Shown: positions 47,936 to 58,700, numbered from the stretch's first letter. The stretch: 64,000 nucleotides of DNA from Spirochaetia bacterium (GCA_965208575.1 CBDBOV010000004.1:224001-288000); one strand, 5' to 3'. Program-made: numbers and translations. Notes: a model not told the origin generated them from the letters alone.

Positions 47936-48280
47936 ATGTCTGACACCACTCCCTCCGCGCCGGAGGCACCGCTCGGGTCATCCGCACCCCCGACACCGTA
48001 TGCGACGGGCGGCATCCGTGAACGGCGCGACGGGCGGGTCCGCACTCGTCCGGGCCGCCCGTTCTATCGCAAGAAGTTCTGCAAGTTCTGCGCCCGCAGT
48101 TCCAACGGAGTGGTCATCATCGACTACAAGGATACGGACACCCTGCGCCGCTATACGACCGATCGAGGCAAGATTCTGCCTCGCCGCGTAACCGGCAACT
48201 GCGCCAAGTGCCAGCGGAAGGTCTCGGCGGCGATCAAGCGCGCTCGTGCACTGGCGCTGCTTCCGTTTACGGCGCAATAA
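47936..48280 (+). CDS. rpsR: 30S ribosomal protein S18
   Basis: [32 protein letters not shown]. Confidence 0.96.
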   Translation: MSDTTPSAPEAPLGSSAPPTPYATGGIRERRDGRVRTRPGRPFYRKKFCKFCARSSNGVVIIDYKDTDTLRRYTTDRGKILPRRVTGNCAKCQRKVSAAIKRARALALLPFTAQ

Positions 48281-48322
48281 CCCGTCTGCCGGCGAAACAC
48301 CGCGGCTGGTGGCGCGCGCCAC

Positions 48323-49339
48323 ATGAGTAGCCAGGGCGTACCGAACCGCGTCTGGATAGAGGTCGGGGTATTCGCCGCGGTGGCGCTCGGGTTGTATCTC
48401 CTTACGCCGGGCGTGTTCCTGTTCCTGGTTCCCTTGCAGATGCTCGCCATTCGGCGTGGCAGCAGCGCATTCAATCTTGCCGCGCTCCTGCTGGTGTTGC
48501 TGGCGGCGGTGGTGGAGTTGGCGATGGCCGGCTGGCGCAGCGACATGCCGGCGGAAGAAGGCTACCTGCGCGACATAGGTCTGTTTCTTTCGGCGCTCCT
48601 GCTCGGCGGCCTGTGGCTGGTGAACCAGCCGCGCGTGCTGCCATACCGCAACCTGCTGCGCATTCTCATCGCGACCGGCGCCGCCGGTCTGGTCGCGGTA
48701 CCATTTGTCGGAGGATTGGCGAGCGACCCCGAATTCGTGCCGACCATGCGCGACTACATAGCCGGGCAGCCGATCCTGCGCCTGGGCATCGCCCCGGCCG
48801 ACGTGTCCGGCGTAAGCGGCGCGCCTGCCGTAACCAGCGAGCAGATCGACCTGTTCATCGACACGGTCGGCATGGTGCTGCTGCGCGGCGTCCTGTTCGT
48901 GTACATGGTGTACCTGATGGCGGCGTGGTGGCTGGGCTCGCTGTGGGGGGCGCGCACCATCGGCATGCGGTCGCCCATAGGTCGCCTGTTGACGTTCCGT
49001 CTGGAGCCCTGGAGCATCTGGGCACTGCTGCTGAGCGGCGCGGCGGTACTGGGCGACGCACTCGGCGACCTTGGCGTGCTCGGATACGTCGGGTGGAACG
49101 TATTCTCGGTGTTCCTCCTGCTGTTTGCGCTCCAGGGAATCGGTGTATTGCAGTGGCTGTTCAGACGGTATAATGTTCCCGGCCCGATGCGGGTAGTGAT
49201 CGGCGTGGCGATGGTGTTCATGCTGTTCCGTTCGGTCCTCACCTTCGTACCGGTGTTTGGGTTGCCGCTGCTCGGATTGTCCGAAATATGGATCGACTTC
49301 AAGCGTCCGAAGCCGGGCCAACAGAACGACGTCACCTGA
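48323..49339 (+). CDS. DUF2232/YybS-like membrane protein
   Basis: Multi-TM, LQGI, GLSEIWID; position between rpsR and rplI. Confidence 0.75.
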   Translation: MSSQGVPNRVWIEVGVFAAVALGLYLLTPGVFLFLVPLQMLAIRRGSSAFNLAALLLVLLAAVVELAMAGWRSDMPAEEGYLRDIGLFLSALLLGGLWLVNQPRVLPYRNLLRILIATGAAGLVAVPFVGGLASDPEFVPTMRDYIAGQPILRLGIAPADVSGVSGAPAVTSEQIDLFIDTVGMVLLRGVLFVYMVYLMAAWWLGSLWGARTIGMRSPIGRLLTFRLEPWSIWALLLSGAAVLGDALGDLGVLGYVGWNVFSVFLLLFALQGIGVLQWLFRRYNVPGPMRVVIGVAMVFMLFRSVLTFVPVFGLPLLGLSEIWIDFKRPKPGQQNDVT

Positions 49340-49354
49340 CGACAGGAGCAAGTA

Positions 49355-49807
49355 GTGAAAGTGATACTGCAGCAGGATGTGCCGGGCCTCGGCGAAGAGG
49401 GCGACGTGTGCGAGGTAGCCACCGGCTACGCGCGCAACTTCCTGTTTCGTACCCGGGCGGCGCTGCCCCATACCACCCAGGCGATGACTCTGCTCGAGCA
49501 TCGCCGGGAGGGTATCGAGCGCCGCAAGGAAGAGAAACGCGCCGGCGCGGCCGGCCTCCGCGAGCGGCTCGAGAACGAGGAGCTGACCTTCCAGATGACC
49601 GCCGGGGCGAGCGGCAAGCTGTTCGGCTCGATCACGAACGTGGCAATAGCCGGTGAACTGGAGCGGCGTGGATACGACGTGGATCGCCGCCGCATCGAGG
49701 TGCCGGACCATTCGCTGAAGATGATCGGCGACCACACGGTCCGAATCCGGCTCTACGAGAACCAGTCAGCAAACGTGAAGGTTGTCATCGAAGCTGACCA
49801 GGAATAG
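49355..49807 (+). CDS. rplI: 50S ribosomal protein L9
   Basis: MKVIL..DV..LG..GDV..V..GYARNFL, GKLFGSI. Confidence 0.97.
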   Translation: MKVILQQDVPGLGEEGDVCEVATGYARNFLFRTRAALPHTTQAMTLLEHRREGIERRKEEKRAGAAGLRERLENEELTFQMTAGASGKLFGSITNVAIAGELERRGYDVDRRRIEVPDHSLKMIGDHTVRIRLYENQSANVKVVIEADQE

Positions 49808-49812
49808 CTGGC

Positions 49813-51156
49813 GTGGCCGACTCCGCCGCGCCGGCCGGCGTACCGCTGCGAGACTCGATTCCGCCGCACAACATCGATGCAGAAGTCGCCACGCTCGGGG
49901 CGTTGCTGCTCGATCCCGAGGCGCTGTCGACCGTGTTGCGCTACCTGCGCGCCGACGACTTCTACCGAGCCGCGCATCGCAAGGTGTACCAGGCGATCCT
50001 GGCCTTGTTCGACCGCAATGAAGCAATCGACTTGATCACGCTGTGCGACGAACTCGGCCGCGTCGGCGAGCTCGAGGCATGCGGTGGGATGGCGCGCATC
50101 TCACAGCTCACGTCGGCCGTCCCCACCAGCGCCAACGTCGAGTACTACGCACGCATCGTGCAGGCACTCAGTATGCGGCGCGAGTTGCAGCGCATCGCGG
50201 CCTCCATCATCGCCGACTCGTTCGACGACTCGCGGGAAGTCCGCATCATCATCGAGGAGGCCGAACGGCGCATTTTCGAGATCACCGATCGCCAGCAGTC
50301 CGGATCGTTCCGGCTTGCGCGGGAGATCATCAACCAGACTGTCGACGCGATCGAGCGGCTGTACCACTCCAGCGGCAGCTACACGGGTATACCGAGCGGG
50401 TTCGCAGATCTCGACAATCTCACCAGCGGGTTCCAGAATTCCGAGTTCGTGGTAATCGGGGCACGTCCGTCGGTGGGAAAGACCGCGCTCGCACTCACCA
50501 TGGCTGCCAACATTGCCGTACAGCAGCGCAAGCCGGTAGGGTTCTTCACTTTGGAGATGTCCGCCGTTGCGCTGATGCAGCGGTTGCTGGCCGCCGAGGC
50601 GCGACTCGATTCGAACCGCATCCGTTCCGGAATGCTGCGGCCGTCCGACTTCCACAAGATCACCGACGCGGCGGGGCGCCTCTACGACGCGCCGTTGTTC
50701 ATCGAAGACTCGCCGAATCTCAAGCTGCTCGACCTGCGCGCCCAGGCACGCCGCATGAAATCGAATCACTCGATCGAGATCGTTTTCATCGACTATCTCA
50801 CCCTCATTTCATCGGAGAACCAGGATCTGCCCCGGCATGAACAGATTGCCGAGATCAGCCGCTCGCTGAAGGCACTCGCGCGCGAACTCGATGTGCCGGT
50901 GCTTGCGCTTTCCCAGGTGCGCCGCGAGACCGAGGGCAAGCTCCCTAACCTCGCCGACCTGCGCGAGTCGGGGTCGATCGAGCAGGATGCCGACGTGGTG
51001 ATGTTTCTGCATCGCGAACGCGGTACCGACGAGAGTCTGAACGAGCGCGAGACAGACCTGATCGTGGCCAAGCAGCGCAACGGCCCGGTCGGCAAGATCA
51101 ACCTCACGTTCTTCCCGGAGTACACCACCTTCGAGTCCCATTCTCCGCGCGATTAG
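49813..51156 (+). CDS. dnaB: Replicative DNA helicase DnaB
   Basis: PPHNIDAE, GARPSVGKT, IDYL, LRESGSIEQDAD, KQRNGP. Confidence 0.97.
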   Translation: MADSAAPAGVPLRDSIPPHNIDAEVATLGALLLDPEALSTVLRYLRADDFYRAAHRKVYQAILALFDRNEAIDLITLCDELGRVGELEACGGMARISQLTSAVPTSANVEYYARIVQALSMRRELQRIAASIIADSFDDSREVRIIIEEAERRIFEITDRQQSGSFRLAREIINQTVDAIERLYHSSGSYTGIPSGFADLDNLTSGFQNSEFVVIGARPSVGKTALALTMAANIAVQQRKPVGFFTLEMSAVALMQRLLAAEARLDSNRIRSGMLRPSDFHKITDAAGRLYDAPLFIEDSPNLKLLDLRAQARRMKSNHSIEIVFIDYLTLISSENQDLPRHEQIAEISRSLKALARELDVPVLALSQVRRETEGKLPNLADLRESGSIEQDADVVMFLHRERGTDESLNERETDLIVAKQRNGPVGKINLTFFPEYTTFESHSPRD

Positions 51157-51157
51157 A

Positions 51158-53326
51158 TCAGAACGGCGGCTGTCGCCCCGAGGAGGTCGCGAGGTACTGC
51201 TCCGCACCCGGCGAGTGGACATAGGCGCCGTTCGGGCGCGCCACGATCCAGTTGAAGTCGTGGAACAGGTAGAGGTGAAACAACACGCTGCGGGTGAACC
51301 GGTTCCAGACGGTGAACGTGGCATCCGCGTTGCGCGCCACCAGCAGGTCCCCGACCATGACGAGTTCGCGCGGTTGCCGGTCGGTGCGTTCCATCTCCTG
51401 CAGCCGCGTCCCGTCCCACACGCGGACCGCGTCTGCGCCGAGCGTGAAATAGATTCGCTGACGGTCCGGCGCCTCGGCAAGCGTCGCGGACAGGTCTTCG
51501 CCGGAGAATCCGTACACGACTCGTTGCCGGGCAAGGTCGCTGCCGTCGCGCATGCGCAGCACGGTGCGCGTACGGCCGGAGCCGGCGCCGTCTCGCGGCG
51601 GCTCTACGCCAAGCGTCAGGAGTTGTCCGCTGGCATGTTGGGCCAGGTCGAAGATGAGCAGCGCATCGTCGGGAATCAGCAGCGTTTCGGCGTGGGTGGC
51701 GTCGATCTTCAGAAGCGGCGTCGTGGTGGCGTGCGCCCGGGTCCGCCCCGCGATGAGGTGGTCGCCGATGTTGAGCACCGTGCCGGTGCCCGGAGCCCAG
51801 AACTCTCGTTCAGGCTCCGGTGCCGTAAGCACGGTGGCATTCATCACGTCGGCGACCCGGTACATCGCTATGTTGCCAACGCTGTCGAGCAGCACCAACC
51901 GCTGGTCGACCAGGCTCACCTGGCTCAGCGGCGCGGGCAAGCCGGAAATGCGCATTCGGTAGCGGCCGGTGCGTGGATCCAACGTGCCCAGGCGGCCGCT
52001 CTCTCCCTCGCGATTCCACACCAGGATGGCGCCGCTCTGCCGGGGCGGCCGACCGGCGTCGGGCGACCGGGTTGAGGCCGGCACGGGTGCGGACGATGCC
52101 GCCGCCGGCACTACCGTCAGCCCCACCGCGCTTCCGAATGGATTGCGCAACACGCTCGCCGTGGCCAGCCGCGGCATCTGCGCGCCGGCCGACAGCGGGG
52201 CGAATTCCGGCACGAGCGTCGCCTCCGGCCGCTGCAGCCGGGCAACGGCGATGCGGCGCCGGGTAGCGACCAACAGCATTGCGCCATCCGCCGCCAGCGC
52301 CTCCGCATCCACCAGTTCGTCGCGCACGAACGGCACGACCCCACTTGGGAGCACCTCCCGAATCGTGCCGCCTTCCGCGAAGAACAGCGTGCGGCTTGCG
52401 TAGGCCGCCGCGGTCGGCGCCGCGTCCAGCGGGAGGCGGCGTTCGGGGTGCGGGGTGAGTGCTCGGTCGAGGGCGCGTTGTTGCAGGACGAATACGCCAT
52501 CCTCACGGTCGTCCGGCTGCAACACGCTGATTTGGGCGAACTGATCGGCCACCACTACCTGTGCCTGCCGCGGCATCCGGAGTCGGCTCCGCACCGCTCC
52601 GGTGACCACGTCGATGGCGACCAGGTCTCCACCGGAGCGTGCCACCAGGAGGTTCTTGTCTGCGCTGAGCGCGATCGACTCCAGCCCGGGCAGGGTCGGC
52701 ACCGCCGCCTTCAGCGCGGACGTTGCCGCGTCCCAGTAACGCACCTCGCCGGTTGGCTGATAGGTCATGATGGTGCGCTCGTTGGTTGACATCGCGACGT
52801 AGGAAACGATGCCGAACGCCGCCGACAGACGGTCCTGACGTTTACCGGTTACGGGTTCGAGGAACACCACGCTGTCGAATTGAGCCCGGCTGTACACGAG
52901 CGAGGAGCCGAGGCTGGTGAATCCGAGGTGCAGCGGAGCATCCTGCAGCCGGTGGCGGTACAACCGGCGTTCGCTCCGCCAATCCCACACCTCGAGCAGG
53001 TCGTGGCCCATCGTGGAGCGTGCTACCGCCGCAACCAGCGGTCGATCGGGATGCAGGGCGATGCGCAGGACACGCACCGCGCCGAGCGGCAAATGCCGGA
53101 CAATCGCACGTCGGTCGTGACTCCAGACCCGTACCGTGCCGTCTTCTCCCGCCGAGAACAGCATCCGCCGCTGCGCATCGTAGGCGAGATCGTTGATCGT
53201 GCCGCGGTGACTGGTATTCACCAGGGGAGTCGGGCCGGCGGCGGCGGTGGCGCCGACGCAGGCAAGCAGCGCGAACGAGCATGCGCGTATCAGCGGCAGC
53301 ACTGTCCAGCGCAGGCCTTGGCTCAT
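51158..53326 (-). CDS. Exported WD40-repeat protein
   Basis: Signal peptide; HRGTINDL..LFSAGEDGTVRVW; repeated VWD/YWD ends. Confidence 0.8.
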   Translation of the reverse strand: MSQGLRWTVLPLIRACSFALLACVGATAAAGPTPLVNTSHRGTINDLAYDAQRRMLFSAGEDGTVRVWSHDRRAIVRHLPLGAVRVLRIALHPDRPLVAAVARSTMGHDLLEVWDWRSERRLYRHRLQDAPLHLGFTSLGSSLVYSRAQFDSVVFLEPVTGKRQDRLSAAFGIVSYVAMSTNERTIMTYQPTGEVRYWDAATSALKAAVPTLPGLESIALSADKNLLVARSGGDLVAIDVVTGAVRSRLRMPRQAQVVVADQFAQISVLQPDDREDGVFVLQQRALDRALTPHPERRLPLDAAPTAAAYASRTLFFAEGGTIREVLPSGVVPFVRDELVDAEALAADGAMLLVATRRRIAVARLQRPEATLVPEFAPLSAGAQMPRLATASVLRNPFGSAVGLTVVPAAASSAPVPASTRSPDAGRPPRQSGAILVWNREGESGRLGTLDPRTGRYRMRISGLPAPLSQVSLVDQRLVLLDSVGNIAMYRVADVMNATVLTAPEPEREFWAPGTGTVLNIGDHLIAGRTRAHATTTPLLKIDATHAETLLIPDDALLIFDLAQHASGQLLTLGVEPPRDGAGSGRTRTVLRMRDGSDLARQRVVYGFSGEDLSATLAEAPDRQRIYFTLGADAVRVWDGTRLQEMERTDRQPRELVMVGDLLVARNADATFTVWNRFTRSVLFHLYLFHDFNWIVARPNGAYVHSPGAEQYLATSSGRQPPF

Positions 53327-53327
53327 G

Positions 53328-54674
53328 TCACCTGCCGAAGAAGAACAGGATGTCGCTGAAGGTGACCGTGATAGCCAGCACCAGCAGCAGCGACATGCCG
53401 AGTGTCTGGATTCGGTACACCAGGGCCGGCCGGAGCGGCTTGCCGCGGATCAACTCGGTGACATAGAGCACCAGGTGCCCGCCGTCCAGCGCCGGCAAGG
53501 GCAGCAGGTTCATGATGAACAGGACAATGCTGATCAGGCACAACAGGCGGAAGAATCGTACCAGACCGGCTCCGAAGCTGCGCTCGAAGCCGTCGGTGGC
53601 GGCGCGTCCGACGAAGTAGGTAATGCGCAGCGGTCCGGCCACGGCCTTCCGGGCGTTGCCGTCGAACAGCCGGGCGAAGCCGCCGAAGGTGAGGGCGATG
53701 GTGTTCCAGGTGTCGTCCACGCCGCGGGCCAGCGCGCCGAGCGGCGACAGGCGGGGCGAACGCGACTGCGGGAGCCGGAACCCCAGCCCCCAATCCTCGC
53801 TGCCTTCGGCGGGCACCACCGTGATGGTCACTGTCTGACCCTCACGCTCCACCGTAAAGTCGACCTCCGACACGCCGGCGCCGAGGCGCTGCACGATGTC
53901 GATCGAGTGGCGGACCTCGGCCGAGTCGAGGGCCACGACACGGTCGCCGCTGCGCAGCCCGGCAATCGATGCCGCGCCTCCGAGGCGCACTTCGAGCACC
54001 GGGTCGATCCAGGGGTAGACCCAGATCCGTCCGCCGCCGGTGTCCGGATCGACTTCCGGCGTGATGACCGTGGACAGCAGCATACCGTCCCGCTCCACCG
54101 TCATCGCCAGTTCCTGTTGCGGTGCCGACGAGATGTGGCGGCGGATGTCCTGAAAATTGGCGATCACGTGGCCGGCGATGCCGGTGATGCGGTCGCCGCT
54201 GTGCAGGCCGGCCGCCTGCGCGGGGGTCGGTTCCGACACGGCATCCAGAGAGAAGTCGGAGGCCAGCAGAATGCGGTTTCCCGGACTGTCGATACGGAAC
54301 CCCGCCCACCAGATCAAGCTGAGGACCACAATCGCGAATGCGAGATTGGCCAGAGGACCGGCGGCAATGATCGCGATGCGGCGCCACGGAGACGCCGCGA
54401 AAAACGATCCCGGTTCCGCCCGAACGCCCGCGTCGTCGTTGCGCCACGCCTCGCGCAGCGCGCTGTCGCCCTTCATCCTGCAGTAGCCGCCAAGCGGGAA
54501 CCAGGAGATCTGATAGGTGGTGCCGCCGCGCTGGAAGCCGACCAGGCGCCGGCCCCAACCGAGCGAGAACACCTCCACTTCGACGCCGTTCGCCTTGGCG
54601 GCCAGGAAGTGCCCGAGCTCATGTATGAGCACCATGATTCCGAGACCGAGAATGCCGAAGAAGATGGTGGCCAT
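53328..54674 (-). CDS. rseP: RIP metalloprotease RseP
   Basis: HELGH, AGPLAN, two PDZ domains, NLLP.PALDGG. Confidence 0.95.
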   Translation of the reverse strand: MATIFFGILGLGIMVLIHELGHFLAAKANGVEVEVFSLGWGRRLVGFQRGGTTYQISWFPLGGYCRMKGDSALREAWRNDDAGVRAEPGSFFAASPWRRIAIIAAGPLANLAFAIVVLSLIWWAGFRIDSPGNRILLASDFSLDAVSEPTPAQAAGLHSGDRITGIAGHVIANFQDIRRHISSAPQQELAMTVERDGMLLSTVITPEVDPDTGGGRIWVYPWIDPVLEVRLGGAASIAGLRSGDRVVALDSAEVRHSIDIVQRLGAGVSEVDFTVEREGQTVTITVVPAEGSEDWGLGFRLPQSRSPRLSPLGALARGVDDTWNTIALTFGGFARLFDGNARKAVAGPLRITYFVGRAATDGFERSFGAGLVRFFRLLCLISIVLFIMNLLPLPALDGGHLVLYVTELIRGKPLRPALVYRIQTLGMSLLLVLAITVTFSDILFFFGR

Positions 54675-54679
54675 AGACG

Positions 54680-55564
54680 TCAAGCTGCTGTCCAATGCAC
54701 GTGCTGCATCCAGAAGTAGAACAACGGCGCGCACAGCATCAAGGAATCTATCGAGTCCAGCAATCCGCCCCGTCCCGGAATGAGTTCGCCGGAATCCTTG
54801 ACTTGCGCGGCGCGCTTCAAGGCCGACTCCACCAGGTCGCCGACCGCGGCGCAGACGCCCATGGCCGCACCTCCCAGTGCCGCCTCAAAGGTACCGAACT
54901 GTGGGGCGCCGGGGAATACACGCTGCGCGACGATCAATGCCGCCACCGACGCGGTGATGCCGGTGATGTAACCGATGGCGGTCTTGGCGGGACTCGCCGG
55001 CAGGCCGAGCGTAGTGCGCCCGCGGGCCAGCTTGCCTGCCAGGTAGGCGATGGTGTCGTTGCTGAACACCGCCACGAAGAAGGTGAGCAGCAGCCACTGA
55101 GGCGTGCCGAAACCGGCGAGACGCACGATGAAGCCGATGAACAATCCGGGATAAAGGCTGGCAATCAGTGTCGCGCCGGCCTGACCGAGCGGATCGTGGT
55201 GCCGGCCGCGCGCCGAGGTTCCCGGCAGCAGGGTGACCGCGAGAATGAGTGCGATCACCGCGGCGGCCACGCCGCCGAATGCATGCCCGGATACCAGGCC
55301 CCAGTTCTCCAGGTAAGCGATTGCCGGAAACAGCGCCGAACAACCCGCCGCCAGGTGCCAGCGGCCGGCAACCGCGCGGCGGGCGAACAATGCGCCCACC
55401 TCACGCGATCCGAGCACGGCCGCGACGGTGGCGCACAGGCTGAACAGGAGGTGGCGATACGCAGGGACGGCAAAGATCAGCACGAAGAACACCGGTACCG
55501 CCGCCACGAACAGCAGGAGGCGGGTCCAGAATCGATCGGCCGACAACAGCGTCTGCGGCTTCAC
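54680..55564 (-). CDS. cdsA: Phosphatidate cytidylyltransferase
   Basis: D..AY..G, SPAKT..G, GDLVESALKR...KDSG.LIPGRGGLLD..DS. Confidence 0.93.
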   Translation of the reverse strand: MKPQTLLSADRFWTRLLLFVAAVPVFFVLIFAVPAYRHLLFSLCATVAAVLGSREVGALFARRAVAGRWHLAAGCSALFPAIAYLENWGLVSGHAFGGVAAAVIALILAVTLLPGTSARGRHHDPLGQAGATLIASLYPGLFIGFIVRLAGFGTPQWLLLTFFVAVFSNDTIAYLAGKLARGRTTLGLPASPAKTAIGYITGITASVAALIVAQRVFPGAPQFGTFEAALGGAAMGVCAAVGDLVESALKRAAQVKDSGELIPGRGGLLDSIDSLMLCAPLFYFWMQHVHWTAA

Positions 55565-55606
55565 GATCGACGCAGGATCTTTGAATTCGGTGCCACCGCT
55601 AAACCG

Positions 55607-56158
55607 TCAGATCTCCATGATCTCCTTTTCTTTCGCGGCGAGGAGGTCGTTGATCTCGGCGATGCGCTCGTCGGTCGCGGTCTGCACCCGTTCCGACGCG
55701 CGCTTTGCCTCGTCTTCGCTGAGACCTTCCTTCTGGTCCTGCTTGATGCCCTCATTGAGGTCGCGACGGATGTTGCGCACCGCGACCCGAGCCTGCTCGG
55801 CGGCGTTGCGCGCCTGCTTTACGATCTCCTTGCGCCGCTCCTCGGTGAGCGGCGGAATCGCGATGCGGATCACCTTGCCGTCGTTGCTTGGATTGAGCGA
55901 CAGGTCCGACTTCTGGATTGCCCGCTCGATCTCGGTCAAGGTGGATCGGTCCCACGGCTGGATAACGACCAGCCGCGCCTCGGGAATGGAGATTGTCGCC
56001 GTCTGGTTGAGCGGCATCTGCTGGCCATACGCCTCAACGCGTATCCTGTCGAACATGGCGGCGCTGGCACGCCCGGTACGGATGGTCTTGAACTCGCTCG
56101 ACAGCGCGTCAAGCGTTTTCTGCATGCGCTGTCGTGCCTCGCCGGCGGGATCGGCCAC
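55607..56158 (-). CDS. frr: Ribosome recycling factor
   Basis: IRTGRAS, IQPWD, PPLTEERRKE, RNIRRD, KEKEIM. Confidence 0.97.
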   Translation of the reverse strand: MADPAGEARQRMQKTLDALSSEFKTIRTGRASAAMFDRIRVEAYGQQMPLNQTATISIPEARLVVIQPWDRSTLTEIERAIQKSDLSLNPSNDGKVIRIAIPPLTEERRKEIVKQARNAAEQARVAVRNIRRDLNEGIKQDQKEGLSEDEAKRASERVQTATDERIAEINDLLAAKEKEIMEI

Positions 56159-56184
56159 GGTTTCCTCTCCTCAGGTGGTGCGCC

Positions 56185-57036
56185 TCAGCCTGCCGCCGGG
56201 GCCTCCTCACCTACCTTGTAATAGACGTAGTCCGCGATCTGTACCTCGGTGCCAAGCTCCTTTCCGAGCCCGGCCACGAGCTGCTTTACGCTCAGCTTCT
56301 GATCCTTCACGAATGCCTGCTCAAGCAGGCAGATCTCCTGCAGATGCTTGCGGAGCTTGCCTTTGACAATGCCGGCAACCACCCTTGCAGGTTTGTCGAG
56401 CAACTCCGCCTGCTTGCGGAAAATCGCCTCCTGCTCGGCCAGGTAATCGCCGGTCACGTTGTCGGGGGTAAGAAACGGCGGCGCATAGGCGGCTACGTGC
56501 AGCGCCAGGTCGAAGGCGGTCTCACTGATGCGCTCGTGGCCGGCGAAAGCGGCGTCCGAGGCATGCAGCTTGACCAGCACGCCAATGGTGCCTTCGCCAT
56601 GCAGGTAGTGGGCCACGGTATCGCCGTCGCCGATGGCCACGCTGCGAAACCGGCGCAAGGCGATGTTCTCCTTGATCCGGCCGATTGCCGCGGTGATCAA
56701 CTGTTGCATCCGGTCGGTGGGAGCCTGCGGACTCTCGGCGGCGACTTCGGAGACGAGCTCCTCGCCAAGCGTCACGAACTGATCATTGCGGGCCACGAAG
56801 TCGGTTTCGCTCGACAGCTCCAGAATCGCGGCCGTGCCGTTTACGGTGGTGAACACGCGGCCCTCGTTGGTGGCGCGCCCGCTGCGCTTGGCGGCCGCCG
56901 AGAGGCCCATCTCCTTGAGCCGGCGTTCCGCAGCGGCCAGGTCGCCGCCGCTGTCCACCAATGCGCGCTTGCAGTCCATCATGCCGGCCCCGGTCTGCTC
57001 GCGGAGCCGTTTTACATCTTGTGCGGAAATTGCCAA
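56185..57036 (-). CDS. tsf: Elongation factor Ts
   Basis: VKRLREQTGAGMMDCK, ETDFVARN, CLLEQ.FVKD; TTG start after CAGGAG. Confidence 0.96.
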   Translation of the reverse strand: MAISAQDVKRLREQTGAGMMDCKRALVDSGGDLAAAERRLKEMGLSAAAKRSGRATNEGRVFTTVNGTAAILELSSETDFVARNDQFVTLGEELVSEVAAESPQAPTDRMQQLITAAIGRIKENIALRRFRSVAIGDGDTVAHYLHGEGTIGVLVKLHASDAAFAGHERISETAFDLALHVAAYAPPFLTPDNVTGDYLAEQEAIFRKQAELLDKPARVVAGIVKGKLRKHLQEICLLEQAFVKDQKLSVKQLVAGLGKELGTEVQIADYVYYKVGEEAPAAG

Positions 57037-57085
57037 TGGTAACTCCTGGTTGTAGGCGCGCTCCGGCCCGTGCCGGCACGCCGCG

Positions 57086-58072
57086 TCAGCGATCGTAGAG
57101 CGTGTCTTCGTCGATCCCGGCTTTGTCGGTGACCGTTTCCTGTTCCGGCTGCGCTTGCTCGGGCTCATCCTGCGGCGTGTAGTTGGAATAGTCCTGGTCG
57201 GTGAATCCCTGCTGTCCCTGATCGTCGACCAGTCCGGCGGCGCCGGCCATCTCGCCGAGCGACACCGTCTCGAGCTCCTGCGCCGGTTCGGCGTCGTACT
57301 CTTCGCCGAATTGATCCTTGTCGATGATCTGGTCGTAGTCGTACTCGTCGGGGCCCTCGTCCTGCAGGGTCTCGATAACCTCCAGACCAACCTCGTTCTC
57401 GGCCTCGACGACGGCGTTGGCAACGATCTGGGTAAACAGGTTGATGGCCCGAATGGCGTCGTCATTGCCGGGGATCGGCAGGTCGATGACGTCCGGGTTG
57501 CAGTTCGTATCGACGATGGCAACCACCGGAATCTTCATCTTGTTGGCCTCGGCGATCGCGATTGCCTCCTTGCGGGTGTCGACCACGAACATGACCCCGG
57601 GAAGATCCTTCATTTCCTTGATGCCGCCCAGGTTGCGCTCCAGCCGCGCCTGCTCCTTCTGCATGCGCGAAATCTCTTTCTTGGTCATGTTGGAGAAGGT
57701 GCCGTCAACCTCCATCTTTTCGATCTTCTTGAGCTTGAGCAGCGAGCGCTTCATGGTCGAAAAGTTGGTGAGCATGCCGCCGAGCCAGCGATTGTTGACA
57801 TAGAACATGTTGCAGCGCCGGGCTTCCCGTTCGATCGACTGCTGGGCCTGCTTCTTGGTGCCGACGAACAGCACGTGCTTGCCGGCCAGAACACTCTGGC
57901 GGACGGTCTCGTAGGCTTCCTTGATCGCGACGATGGTCTTCTGCAGGTCGATGATGTGGATGCCATTGCGCTCGGCGAATATGTACCGCTGCATGCGCGG
58001 ATCCCAGCGCTTGGTCTGGTGTCCGAAGTGCACTCCGGACTCCAGCAGGTTTTTCATGGTAACGACGGCCAA
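57086..58072 (-). CDS. rpsB: 30S ribosomal protein S2 with long acidic C-terminal tail
   Basis: [30 protein letters not shown]. Confidence 0.97.
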   Translation of the reverse strand: MAVVTMKNLLESGVHFGHQTKRWDPRMQRYIFAERNGIHIIDLQKTIVAIKEAYETVRQSVLAGKHVLFVGTKKQAQQSIEREARRCNMFYVNNRWLGGMLTNFSTMKRSLLKLKKIEKMEVDGTFSNMTKKEISRMQKEQARLERNLGGIKEMKDLPGVMFVVDTRKEAIAIAEANKMKIPVVAIVDTNCNPDVIDLPIPGNDDAIRAINLFTQIVANAVVEAENEVGLEVIETLQDEGPDEYDYDQIIDKDQFGEEYDAEPAQELETVSLGEMAGAAGLVDDQGQQGFTDQDYSNYTPQDEPEQAQPEQETVTDKAGIDEDTLYDR

Positions 58073-58099
58073 CTAGCTCCCCCTGTCTTTGCAACCTGT

Positions 58100-58699
58100 T
58101 TATTGCGGGCTGCGAAACGGATAACCGCTCCGCGCCAACATACGATATATCGTTTCCAGCGGCAAGCCTACGACGTTGCTGTAGGAGCCGTCCAGGTGAG
58201 TGGCCAGGAGCGCGGCGCGGCCCTGGATGCGGTACCCGCCGGCCGCGCCGCGCCACTCGCCGCTGTCCAGGTACCAGTCCACTTCCGCGCCACTGAGCGG
58301 GGCGAAGGTGACGGCGGTACGGGCCAGCGCCACGTCCAGCACGCGGTCCGGGGTGGCGAGCGCAACGCCGGTCAGCACGTGATGGACGGCACCGGCAAGC
58401 CGCCTCAACGTGGCGCGGGCGGAGTCGCGGTCGGCGGGCTTGCCGACCAGGTCGGCGCCGATCAGGACGGCGGTGTCGGCCGCGATCAGCCAGCCCGTTT
58501 CCGGCACGCGGGCGAGCACCGCGCGCGCCTTGCGGCGGGCGAGTTCTACCACCGCCCGCTGCGGGGGAACGTGCGCCGCCACCGTCTCGTCCGCGCCCGA
58601 CGGCACTACGCGCACCGCAAAGCCCGCCGCCCGCAGCAGGGCAAGGCGCTGCGGCGAGGCGGAAGCGAGGGTAACGGTCGGCGGCGCGCAGGCGCTCAT
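58100..58699 (-). CDS. maf: Maf-family nucleotide pyrophosphatase
   Basis: LASASPQR, AADT, GKP, AGGY.IQG, SNVVGLP. Confidence 0.9.
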   Translation of the reverse strand: MSACAPPTVTLASASPQRLALLRAAGFAVRVVPSGADETVAAHVPPQRAVVELARRKARAVLARVPETGWLIAADTAVLIGADLVGKPADRDSARATLRRLAGAVHHVLTGVALATPDRVLDVALARTAVTFAPLSGAEVDWYLDSGEWRGAAGGYRIQGRAALLATHLDGSYSNVVGLPLETIYRMLARSGYPFRSPQ

Positions 58700-58700
58700 G

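Noticed and set aside
56185-57522. 445-aa EF-Ts with an N-terminal extension
   Set aside because: Off-frame overlap with rpsB; a TTG start with RBS at 57036 gives a normal EF-Ts
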